Below, in pieces: positions 12,943-23,714 of a stretch of DNA of 49,158 nucleotides. The translations under genes were made by a program, and so were the position numbers. Source of the stretch: Sphaeroforma arctica JP610. Lineage: Eukaryota. The notes under the pieces are model-generated. The model searched no databases. It was not told where the DNA came from and saw only the letters and a program-made list of their open reading frames with translations. Positions within the stretch are counted from its first letter, which is position 1. Each line of letters begins with the position of its first letter. The stretch lies in the NCBI RefSeq assembly GCF_001186125.1, contig NW_014040490.1, forward strand, positions 16,840 through 65,997. The letters run 5' to 3'.

Positions 12943-13710
12943 ATGGACCATAACCAGAGTCGCTGCAACGGTACCCGTATCCTGTATACGGGGTTGGCCG
13001 TTGGTGATGCCGATGCCGATGCCAACAAGGAGAACCAGGACCCGAATACCTGGCGCCCCATACCTTTACGCAACCACCCATTGGTTAAAGGTCTGTTTAT
13101 CCACCGAGGCTGTGTGTACAAGGAAGTGACCATAACACCGAGTTTTTAACCCATGCTCCGACCGATCCCTGTTCATACATCCAAGGTTGCCGTCCCCCGT
13201 CTCCGTCTGCCGCCCAAATGTACTAGGTCCAAGTCTAAGGCCACCCCTAAACCGCCAACCCAGATACCGGCAGCCCCGCCAGCATTGCCTCTGTTGCCGC
13301 CGTTGCCTCCACTACGTTCCTTTGAGCTCACAACGTGCATATAGACGCTGCCAGAGTCGAACTTATCCGACCTTGCCCAGCTACCTGGTGTGGCCGACTC
13401 CATACTGGAGTTTATGACCCACTTTATCAGTGAACTGCCACCGCTCCCCGAGGCGTACCCCACACCACCTGCGAGTCCTACGGCGAACCCACTACAGCCA
13501 GATACTGTTACCGCTGTCCGTACCGATCGAGGAAACGATCCCGAGACCGTTGAAGTCCCTGTTGCTGATAACCATAATGTTATCGCTCGTTCATCGCTCG
13601 TCGATGGGATCCGCATTCCGGATCAACCGAACCCGTGAGTCGATCCCGTACGTCGGTTCCTCTACGGCTTAAACAGAGAATGGGAATGGGATGTACATCC
13701 ACCCGTCTGA
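12943..13710 (+). pseudogene. Intronless Pro-rich ORF with in-frame stops
   Basis: ORFs 12943-13149, 13153-13344 and 13390-13638 share one frame, interrupted by TAA 13147, TAG 13342 and TGA 13636. TATATAAA at 12841. Confidence 0.6.
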
Positions 13711-14118
13711 ATTAAATGGCTTTGTAAACCGTTCAAACGTATTTGTTCTGAGTCGCAGTCTGTTGTTCTCTTCCTCTAGCTGTAGTTTCATGTCCAGCAC
13801 GTCCACTAGGTAGCCCTTTAACTCGAGATAAGGGCTGTCCCCCTTGTTGTGATTGTATGATACGATACGTGTGTAGGGGATACACCTGGTGATATCGTCG
13901 TGCGTCACCTCTCCATCCGGTTTGTTATCCGGCATAAACCCCAGCTACGGGTGCACGGTCACCCCCTGCTCGCCGTCGTTTAGAGTGCCATCGTCGTTTC
14001 GGTTGTCCACGGACGTCAACACGTGGGTCTGCACCATCAGCCTCTTTTCGGTAAACGCCTTTACTTCGTCTGTGTCCGTGTCACCCTCACGTTCCGGGAA
14101 ATCGGTGAACCGTTTCAT
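13669..14118 (-). pseudogene. Intronless ~149-codon ORF with one in-frame TAG
   Basis: ATG at 14118 gives MKRFTDFPEREGDTD...VTVHP*LGFMPDNKPD..., with the stop at 13945-13947. Coiled-coil-like LDMKLQLEEENNRLRL. Confidence 0.65.
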
Positions 14119-14199
14119 GGCTGAATATTTTGTGCGGTCTTACTATAAATATTTACTTCTATAGCTATACGTTGAGATAATATTACAACCGCGATCAGT

Positions 14200-14852
14200 A
14201 TGGTTTTGATATCTAGGTGGGGTCTTATGGTCCAGGTAAAGCCAAACTATTTGCCTCTATTCAACGAGCTGTACATCGATCCAGACGACTCGCGCCTAAC
14301 TCACCACACTAAAAATGACAGAAACAACATCGAGGTGTTCTGTTATGTATTCGTCGGGAGCGCAGAGGAATGGAGGGACGACTACAAGGACCTGGTTGGA
14401 TTTACCGACCGTGTGTACCCGGGCTGGGAAGACGAATGGCTGTCCCCCAAGAACGAGGAAATCGACGACCCGGTATTCGACATTATGCAGAAACGGTTTG
14501 CGCGCGTAAAAGACTTGGGGTGCAACTCAACAATACGGATAACGTGTACAACGACAAATATATGAAACATATCGAAAAGGATATCTGTTCCAAAGGGATG
14601 CGCATCTCCTATAAGAACGATATATCAAGATACGAGGACGGACGTCGGGCCCCAAACAAGGGCAAGGACAATCTGGTGGTCGAGGTCGGCAAGTACCTGG
14701 CATGCCCCGAGTTCAACTCTGCCGTTGCCGGCAAGTTTAAGACCGTACACTGTGTACACTATAACAACAAGGCCTTCAAGAAGAACCCCACTGCCAACAT
14801 CAAGCACCTGGTTGTCAGCAGCGGCGAGAATTGGAATCTGGTAGACATGTAA
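14200..14852 (+). pseudogene. Intronless ~217-codon hypothetical protein with one frameshift
   Basis: ORF 14200-14565 joins ORF 14370-14852 at the G-run near 14517-14520 (VKDLG/VQLNNTD). TATAAATA at about 14144 and AATAAA just after the stop. Confidence 0.7.
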
Positions 14853-14944
14853 ACTAATAAAGAATGACACACACTTACGTTGTAATACTTATTTCTTTGA
14901 TGACGCATGTATTTACTCACCAAGTACATTTACTCCTTCCTCCC

Positions 14945-15930
14945 CTACGGTAACTTCCTCGGACGTACCAATACCTTTTGCTTCTTCGTCGCACGTGTGT
15001 ACCCGCTACTGTCACTGTCACTACCGCTACCTGACCATGACCCTGAATCGGAGTCGGAGTCGGAGTCGGAGTCGGTATGGGAACCACTACTGTCCTCGTC
15101 GTCAGAAGAAGAAGAAGAAGACCCACTCTCATTGTTGTCCACCACAATCTGGTAGTCAAAGTTCTTAAACATTCTGGCATCGCCCTTAATGTACTGGAAG
15201 AGCAATTTATTTTTCATAGCAGGCACAACATTTCCAAAACTCCTATACCAGCGCATACGGCAACTTTGCTTCTGCGGTTTACTTCCAGCACGCCAATTTG
15301 TGGAGTATCTTGGTGGCTGCCTGGGACTACATCTTGACTCGATCAACAGTACAAACCCACTCGTCCCACTTACGAGACCCGCTTGGACACGTAACAGACC
15401 TCCGGACAAATTCCCTTTCAGTATTTACACTTATCTATAATCAAGGGGCGGGTGCACACCTCCGCACAAGGACTCCTGTAAGCACCGTGAGCAGATCCGA
15501 CGTAATACCACACAATGTCTCACATCTAAGGAAATAACAGGCAATGCTCGCCGCCAATACTACTATCGATTTGTAAGGGGAGAACTTCCCTTCACGGACC
15601 GGGACAAGCCCTCACATGATAGCTTTACTCATCGCCGTGAACACACCCCAACCCGCCTTTGTGCCATGATAGCAACCAACACGTTTCGGGTCAAATTGCT
15701 TGACTATCGTACTAGTGGATGCCTCTGTCCGGTGTGCCCCGGAGATTAGACTTTTCGTCCAGCCACTTTGCTTGTAACAGTTTCCTAATAAAGCGTATTC
15801 TGGTGGGCCCTAATCTACCCTCGATTGGACCGGACTTACTACTACAACTACAGAATCGACATAACTACCGCGACATATGGACTCTCCAATAACATCTCGG
15901 GATCTTCCTTCTCCGTGAACAGCGGGCACC
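14945..15930 (-). pseudogene. Decayed coding region ending in an acidic S/D-rich tail and basic NLS-like end
   Basis: ORF 14945-15409 ends SSSDDEDSS...DSDSDS...KKQKVLVRPRKLP. Upstream frames are broken and contain fragment X. Confidence 0.5.
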
Positions 15931-15949
15931 AATTTATACCCATTCAGTA

Positions 15950-16510
15950 CTGGTCAATGAATATCACTACTGAAATACTTTTTTCCAGATTTCGGTACAG
16001 ACCAAATCATCTAGACTTCTGGTACCGCTTCTGATACATCCCGCTATAGCTAGCTAGGATATTCTAATTATATCAGTTGTGTGATGTGGTATCGGACAGC
16101 CCCCAACGTTCAAAACGTCTCAGACCGACTCAGCCCATATTACCACTACAAGGGTGGGTCAGCTTTGTTCCACGCAATGGCACACAGGTTTTAGTTCTCA
16201 CTTAATGATAGAGGTTTTCTGTATCCATCGTCGTGAACTAATGCACCATATGTCTTCCATCGTTACATCATTCGCCCCGAGCTTCTCGGGGCAGTTCGAT
16301 AGTCTTAACTTCCCCTGCAATTTTCCCAGAACCTCTCCAACGAATATGAAGCCTGATGTGAATGTAGTAGATATATCAAATTTACCTAAATTTTTCCTTA
16401 TACCCTGCGGGAAAAACTTTTTTTCTTCTATTTTTTTCTTTTCGACATTTCGACAGTAGCTTTTTTTGAACCAGGGCCAACTTTAAAAAACTGAAATCTA
16501 CTCAATGAAA
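15950..16510 (-). repeat. Repeat B copy, contiguous with repeat A copy 3
   Basis: Reverse complement of 28860-29260 and 30740-31190. Same orientation as 23715-23965. Confidence 0.9.
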
Positions 16511-16644
16511 ACCCCTTTTATTTCGATTGGTTTAATATATAAAATACACACGTATAAATCGGGTGAAAGAGCCACAAGGCAGAGTTCGGTACTGAGGCGA
16601 GATACCGAACCTCGTAGGTCGTCCACATGAAAGAATTCATGAAA

Positions 16645-17080
16645 ATATCGGTCCAAGAAGGCAGTATTAACGTCTTGAAGTTGTATCTTTTTAGAGTTTG
16701 TCGTTTAGTTTTAATAATTTAAGTATACGAGAATAGTCAGTAAAAAAGTTAGGTATGCCTCGTGAAATCAGCAATACTCTGGGGTATTAAAAGGCTGAGA
16801 TATTGCGTATATAGATTCCTCGCAGTACTGGTTTCGCCGAAGGAATTATATTTATGTTTTTGTCGTCTTGGCGAAGAAAAAAACACTATGTTTTGTAGGA
16901 CGAATTTGAGAACGAACAACATACTATCATTAGAAAGAACTTTCTTTATATATAAAATTCACTGTTCATGTCTCTAGTTATTGTACTGAAACCGATAATT
17001 AGCCACTTATCAAAAATTACCGACTTGCCATCATCAGGCTGGCAATCTGGTTGGATGGTGGGGGATAAACGAGGTAAGAC
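16645..17080 (-). repeat. Repeat A, copy 3 (inverted)
   Basis: aagttaggtatgcctcgtgaaa, cagcaatactctg, cagtactg.tttcgccgaagg and gccacttatcaa are reverse complements of motifs in 11790-12240. Confidence 0.9.
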
Positions 17081-18318
17081 TGTTCATTTCGATTCGGTAT
17101 GATGAATAGCTCGTTTAAGTTTATACATGTTTAATAGATATCTTTGTCAAGCACCCTAGTGGTATGCTGACCCTTTAACTTTCATCATAGCGTTATATCT
17201 CGTCTCCAACTAGTGTTCATTGTTTACTCGTTCATTCACACATGCCCTCGTGGCATCTCGCCTACCTAAACTTTTACAATAGACAACTAGACAGCACACG
17301 CCACGCTGTATCCTACCTCGTTGACCATTCCAAACACACGCTATCCTTTGTGGGTTTTGTTTGTAGTTGTATTTCCTTTCATATTCCAAAACTGATTTTA
17401 GAGCCGGTTTTGTATACTCATATGGTTCGGTACCCGGACATTACATCCCCCCAAGTGCGAGTGACCTACGGGCGGGCACAGGGCATTTTGATGACGTACC
17501 AAACGTCCCTGAATAATAATATCAAATTGAGCACCATTTCAGGTGATGTTGCCGTCCTTACTCCTCCGCGGGCCGAGCTATCCGTTCACGCTCCTGTTGC
17601 TTTGCCCGCCATCGGCTGTTAGGCAAGCCGGCACTGAAACATCGGCCGCAGACCCTTGTTGATAGTTTTGACTATGCTCCCTGGCTAAAGCCGACCAATG
17701 GCACCAATGGCTATTAATACAAGCTCTCCAGCTACGGTTCTCCGGACACTCCATACATACCACTATAACCTTTTGTCGTTCCTGGCACGGAGCATCCTGA
17801 AAGAGAATCTCATCTATGAGCCAGTTTGTGTAGACCGACACATTCATGCGTCGCCCCGCCGCATAATGCTCAGGCTGTTTTAGGCTCGGTATGCTTTCAA
17901 GTCTTTGCATGTTGCTGATATGTATGTGCATTGTGCGGCTTATGCCTGCCATACATTTGAAGATGGGTGACTGCCGCTGAAAAATACGCATGCAATATTT
18001 GCAGCAAAAATAAAAATAAATAAATGAAATCCATGTAACTGACAACCCCATTTCAATTTTATTACTATAGATAAACACAACACATTTAAGGAAAGCAACA
18101 TAAAATCAAAACATTTTAACTTTTATATCTCAACTAAAGTTGTTTCGTCGGATCGTGTCATTATCTGTTTATTTTGACAGTAATTGATTATGATGGTGAA
18201 CGTATAGAGTTTGAGAATTATGCAGTACATACTGATATCATCTCTTAGGAATCCCAAAGAGATATATGCTACCCGATTAGCTACCCTAATACGGTATAAG
18301 TGTGCACGATGGATCAGA

Positions 18319-18690
18319 TAGAAACACCTATCTGACATGAAGAAGTATCATGCTAGCTAGTAGAGAAAATGGTGTTGCAGTCTATTCCTTTGAGGAGAGA
18401 TTACACAGATAGTTTCTAAAGAGAGTCACTTATCGGGTTAGTTGCGGTATATCGTATGCTAGAAGTTATCTCGCATTTACCCACGATTTGGTATTAGAAA
18501 CACCTATCTGACATAAATAAATATCATGTTTCTTAGTATATAGAGTAGCGTTGCAGTCTATTCCTTTGAGGAGGAACTACTCGCACAGTATTAAAGAGGG
18601 CCAATGGGGCTAGTTGCGGTACATCGTATACTAGTGTTATCTCATTTCACCCACGATTTGGTACTAGAAACACCTGTCTAACACGAAGAA
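18319..18690. repeat. ~170-176 bp tandem repeat, about 2.2 units
   Basis: tagaaacacct recurs at 18319, 18495 and 18665. gttgcagtctattcctttgagga occurs twice. Confidence 0.9.
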
Positions 18691-18799
18691 ACCATAGCCA
18701 GCTATCGGTAACTGTATACTATCTGGAACATTGACTTCGAGTACAGGAATCGTGATTTAAATTCAAAAGCTACGGCGGATATTTTAAATATCGTTTATA

Positions 18800-19696
18800 C
18801 TTTTCCCATACTCAGGGCTTTTGCTAGATAAGCTACTATCTATAGGAAATATTTAGCAATATCTCCACAGACGCAGCAACACAGCTAAATGTTGTACGCG
18901 AGTTCTGTAAATTGTTCAGTCTGCTTAAATACTTCAGCTTAAACTAAATGTCAATTTTCAGCTAGGCGTTAAAACTAGAAATTAGGTTTCCCAAACTTAG
19001 AGCTATTTGCTAAATAAGCTACTATAGGAAATATCTAGCAAGATCTCCACAGACGCCGAAACACAACTAAATGTTGTACGCGAGGTCTGTAAATTGTTCA
19101 GTTTATTTAGATAGGTTAGTTTAAACGTATTCTCAAGCTTCAGCTAGGCACTAGTACAGTTTAAACGGAATCTCAAGTTTCAGCTAGACACTAATACTAG
19201 AAATTAGTTTTTCCATATTCAAGGCTATTTGCTAAATAAGCTACTATAGGAAATATATAGCAATGTCTCCACAGACGCAGCAACACATCTAAATGTTTTA
19301 CGCGAGTTCTGTAAATTGATCAGTTTATTTAGATAGGATAGTTTAAACTGAATCTCAAGTTTCAGCTAGGCACTAATACTAGAAAATAGTTTTTCCATAC
19401 TCAGGGCTATTTGCTAAATAAGCTACTAAAGGAAATATATCGCAATATCTCCACAGACCAGAAACACAACTAAATGTTGTACGCGAGTTCTGTAAATTGT
19501 TCAGTTTATTTAAATAAGCTAATTTAAACGAAATCTCAAGTTTCAGCTAGACACTAACACTATAAATTAGTTTCCCTATATTCAGGGCTATTTGCTAGAT
19601 AAGCTACCATAGGAAATATCTAACAATATCTCCACAGACGCAGCAACACAGCTAAATGTTGTACGCGAGTTTTGTAAATTGTTCAGTTCATTTAAA
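18800..19696. repeat. ~180 bp tandem repeat, 5 units
   Basis: tctccacagac...ctaaatgttgtacgcgag.tctgtaaattgttcagt recurs five times. Confidence 0.95.
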
Positions 19697-19705
19697 TTGA
19701 CCATC

Positions 19706-20249
19706 TGTCAACTACTACAGCTGCTACAGTTGTCAACTACGATAGCTGCTACAGTTATCAACTACTATAGCTAATACAGTTGTCAACTACTATAGCTACT
19801 ACAGTTGTCAACTACTATAACTGCTACCGTTGTCAACTACTATAGCTTCTATCAGTTGTCAACTACGATAGTTGCTACAGTTGTCAACTACTAAAGCTAC
19901 TACAGTTGTCAACTACTATAGCTACTACATTTGTCAAATACGATATCTACTACAGTTGTCAACTACTATAGCTACTACAGTTGTCAACTACGTTAGCTAC
20001 TACAGTTATCAGCTACATTAGCTACTACAGTTGTCAACTACTATAGCTATAACAATTGTCAACTAATAGGGCTACTACAGTTGTCAACTACTATAGCTAC
20101 CACAGTTGTCAACTACATTAGCTACTACAGTTGTCAACTACTATAGCTATTACAGTTGTCAATTACTATAGGCACTACAGTTGTCAACTACTATATCTAC
20201 TACAGTTGTCAACTACGATAGCTACTACAGTTGTCAACTACTATAGCTA
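19706..20249. repeat. 25-bp minisatellite, about 21 units (GTTGTCAACTACTATAGCTACTACA)
   Basis: Head-to-tail units with point variants and no unique spacers. Confidence 0.95.
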
Positions 20250-20271
20250 GCTAGCGGCTGCAGTTGTAAAC

Positions 20272-20852
20272 TGTCATAGCTACGACTGCAACTAGTATAA
20301 GATATTAATATATATTTTATTCAACGTGGTGTAATCTTGCACCATATTAGAAATAAATGGATGGGAGTCCTGAAAGGGCGGGCACACAATGGTTTTACAA
20401 AAAGCTGATTTTATCTGTAGCGAACACTTTCTCCCAACGGATTTTAAGTAATATGTTCGAATTATGATCCTCCTCGATATAAAGTCAAAGCTGGTAAGCT
20501 GCCATCGCAGAAGCTCGGAGATTATCTTAGCCCAAGCCTGCAGAAAGCATCTCGCGTTGGGAAAATAACCAAGAAAAACCCAACTACCACCACCACAACC
20601 ACTGGCACTACATCAAATACACAACAAATAGTTGCGACACTTGCACAGTCTTCGCTGTCATTAACTACCACCGCTGCTCAGTTGTCAACTCCTGAATCTG
20701 CTACAACTGCTCAGCTCTCTATGCCTACATCTGCTACAACTGCTACTGCCACACCTGCTGTACCCGCTGTTGCGCCAACTCAGAAGAGACAGAAACAGTC
20801 TTCACCAGTTGCTACCCGAGCCCGCCATAGTGAGCGGGTAAAAGAAAACTAG
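20272..20852 (+). pseudogene. THAP zinc-finger protein remnant with Thr/Ala-rich tail, likely transposon-derived
   Basis: Across two frameshifts: IRNKWMGVLKGR (W at 20358), DFICSEHFLPTDF (20416-20430) and PRYKVKAGKLPS. These match the THAP W, CxxHF and AVPT-box pattern. Possible N-terminal CHSYDC at 20272. Confidence 0.7.
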
Positions 20853-21212
20853 TTCAGTTCGTAGTCAGTATATACTTTAGTAGTCAGTATATAACTTTGC
20901 AATTAGTACATACATTTGTAGTTTATGTACGTGTAGTTTAGCTATAATCTATAGCCTTTATAGCTATAGTTTATAGTTGTTTGAAATCTGAACGGCAGTC
21001 AGTATATACTTAATATATAATCAATACACATTCAAAAAGCAAGAAGCAAGTAAACTATTTCCTTCATTTCAAAGAATAGTTACCTTTATCAGCAAGTGTA
21101 CAAACAACAGTGGGATCATGAACATCATCTGGATTGGAGCCGCTTTGTGTTTGGTTTATAGCCAAACTTTTTCACAACAAAGAATCGCGTAGGCTATCGA
21201 GTGTCGTCAGCT

Positions 21213-21330
21213 TTGTTGCCTGTTTGTTGCATGCTTGTTGCCTGTTTATTGCCTGTTTATTGCCTGTTTATTGCTTATTTGTTACTTGTTTGTTGTTTGT
21301 TTGTTGCTTATCTGTTGCCTGTTTGTTGTT
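21213..21330. repeat. Degenerate 11-bp tandem repeat (TTGCCTGTTTR)
   Basis: Direct inspection. Confidence 0.8.
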
Positions 21331-21648
21331 GAATCGGTACTTGCTTTTATTCAGTTTGTTGACGGTTTATAAGCAGTCAGGTTGGCCTGACATTGCGAAG
21401 GATGCAGGCGATTGTTTCGAAGTGAGAGGACCGCTCTCCCTTCGTTTCAGACCACTATATAGACTCGACTGAAACAACAGCATACATAGCTACCCTCACG
21501 ATCGACATGTTGCTCTTGTTTATCAGCCGATCTGCTGATAGCAGATCGGACTGTGTAGTATTCGGTTCAGTACAGGACCGAACTTCTTCGGTGACGTCAC
21601 TAAGACCGAACATCTCACTGAGATTACATGAGAAATTATTTTCTCTCA

Positions 21649-21810
21649 TGACGGAATAAGCACAAGTTATGTCTCACGTGACGGAATAAGCACAAGTTAT
21701 GTCTCATGTGACGGAATAAGCACAAGTTATGTCTCACGTGACGGAATAAGCACAAGTTATGTCTCACGTGACGGAATAAGCACAAGTTGTGTCTCACGTG
21801 ACGGAATAAG
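21649..21810. repeat. 30-bp near-perfect tandem array, 5.4 units, with TCACGTGA
   Basis: TGACGGAATAAG at 21649, 21679, 21709, 21739, 21769 and 21799. Unit is TGACGGAATAAGCACAAGTTATGTCTCACG. Confidence 0.97.
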
Positions 21811-21950
21811 CTTGACTAACAAACATCGTTTTCACCCCTCATAAATACAGGGGACAAGGCAACATGCTACCGTACTGTGAAGCGCGCGCTTTCGCACAGA
21901 ACTTTATTAATAGTCAACTAACACCCACACACCAACACAGACTTCTGAAA

Positions 21951-23100
21951 ATGCCAACAGCAACCAGAGCGGGCGTGTATGGTGGGGGGGAAGGTAGTGA
22001 AGGCGCGGATGACTTGGGAGTCAGCCCAATGGGGGGAGGGCAAGCCCAGGCAGTAGTTCGGGCCAGCCTACACCGGCGGGGGCACCCATCTTAGCGTCAG
22101 CAATGCGTGTAGAAATAGACAAGAATATTTGTCAAGGCAGTCATGTTCTCGTGAGTAGGTTTGTGTCCAAGTTGGAGCAAACAGCACCGGTGCCCATACC
22201 AACTCTACACAAGATGAGGGTAGGCATCTATGGTCAACAGCCAGAGCGTTGCATGCCACTAGTGGATGCGGAGCTCAGACGATGATATGACCAAGCCATT
22301 AACGATTGTGATGATGATGAGGAAGACCAACTCATTCAAATCAGTCTGTGTATTAGTGAGCTAGAGCTCATGCATTCACGCTTGGGCGATCAGATAAACA
22401 AACCACCCCTTGCAAAGTTACTCAAGACTTTTGAATTTCCTAAGATGCCTAAGGATAGTTTCTTTAGAATGGAAAACTGTGAAGATATTATAGAGTTCAC
22501 TACACAGTGTAGCGAGCTATTCTTAGCAAAGTCTATGCCACTGTGCCAGTACCCAGCACTAGTGAGAAACCTATTAATGCAACAGAGAAGACCAAACCAG
22601 TACTCAATAACTTAAGAGATTCTGAGACACATGCGACTAAGCCCTTCAACAATCCTGAGCAGTTCAATAGAATCATTATTGACCGACTCAGATCACATCC
22701 AGTAAACTATCTATTGGATAAGTTTCTCAATGACATGCAGAATAAGAAAATGAACGTCGAAGTGCGCACAGAGCGTGTGCACAAGACAATGGCGATGTTA
22801 ACGGAGCGTTACCGCAACTCAGACAAGGAACCCATACATTTCCAAATCCTCAAAGTACAAAGGTACCAAGCACTTAAGTACTATGGACTGCAACCAGTGG
22901 TGAACACCCTAATCAAGGGAGATAAGCAACCAGATGGGAGTGAAGGGCACTTGTCAGATATAGTAGCACCCAAGTTTCATACCATGACTGAGCCACACAT
23001 AAGAACGGCGGCTGTGACACAAGCAGAGCGTATGTTGAGGGAGCAGGTGCGAGCATTAAACAACAAACGTAACAACGCACAGACAACCACACCAGAAGAG
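21951..23100 (+). pseudogene. Retrotransposon gag (capsid)-like pseudogene, 3'-truncated
   Basis: ATG 21951, frameshift in the G-run near 22030, TGA 22283, frameshift near 22575. Gag-like pattern PKMPKDSFF..EDIIEFTTQCSELF...MPLCQYPALVRNLL, MQNKKMNVEVRTERV, YYGLQPVV. No pol follows. Confidence 0.6.
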
Positions 23101-23109
23101 GCACTGAGT

Positions 23110-23465
23110 TTTGGAATTAGGATTGGAACATTTCTGATATTAGAGTCATCAGAAATATTAGCGGTATAGCTGGTAAGCTATACCGGGACTCCCGCATGTA
23201 AGAGAAACGCTCAAGTAAATCCTGAGTCTAGTGAAAACACAAAACAAGACTCAGTTCGGTTCTCTCAGACTAAGGACTTTTCATAGCTGAGATAACCGTA
23301 CTTGAGAAGAGGTCTATTATATCCTATTGTCTCGTACCTTCCAGCTACTTTCCATACTCTACATAACTTTCATACTCCTCTCCAACGAATACGAAGCCGA
23401 TTCGCAAGTAGACATAATTTTTTCTTCTTCTTCCCAATTTGAAATAGATAATAGTATCCCTATTA
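23110..23465 (-). ncRNA. Highly structured diverged copy of repeat B, candidate structured RNA
   Basis: Perfect stems 23130-38/23148-56, 23162-71/23176-85, 23210-17/23299-306 and 23222-29/23247-54, plus near-perfect 23257-68/23287-98. 23376-23465 aligns with 28835-28920. Confidence 0.45.
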
Positions 23466-23714
23466 AGTATACCGTCGGTCCGTACTTGTGTTTTGGCTCT
23501 GGTGGTGTGGAGTTGCTCATAATTCCTTCTTATTCGACATGGATATACTCAACACGTAATTATTTTGGACTCAGAAAAGTATACTGATTGTAAAGTTTGT
23601 CCTTTACTAGCTATGTGGATGTAGAAAATATACAGCTTATATATTCAGCGAATTAAAAAACTCGTGGATTCCTTGGGGGGGTTTTTTCCAGCTTTTCATT
23701 CAGAACCACGACGA

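Noticed and set aside
12943..14118. Stop-codon reassignment in the cassette
   Set aside because: TAA, TAG and TGA all occur and neighbouring ORFs have frameshifts, so ordinary decay explains it.
16154..16459. Conserved small protein (also ORF 28901-29095)
   Set aside because: The similarity reflects repeat B DNA identity. Other copies have indels and there is no recognisable domain.
16815..16842. LSU rRNA-like GCGAAACCAGTACTGCGAGGAA (minus strand)
   Set aside because: The match is short and the flanks do not continue as rRNA.
19706..20249. CRISPR-like array (25-bp palindromic repeat)
   Set aside because: Units are head-to-tail with no unique spacers, there are no cas genes and the context is eukaryotic.
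21649..21810. CRISPR-like array (30-bp period)
   Set aside because: The whole 30-mer is repeated, so there are no variable spacers.
23128..23158. Hammerhead ribozyme (minus strand CTGATGA...GAAA)
   Set aside because: No stem II can form between the motifs. They are simply the arms of one hairpin.
23300..23640. Fanzor/TnpB ORF upstream of the hairpin cluster
   Set aside because: No RuvC or zinc-finger motifs were seen in the minus-strand frames.
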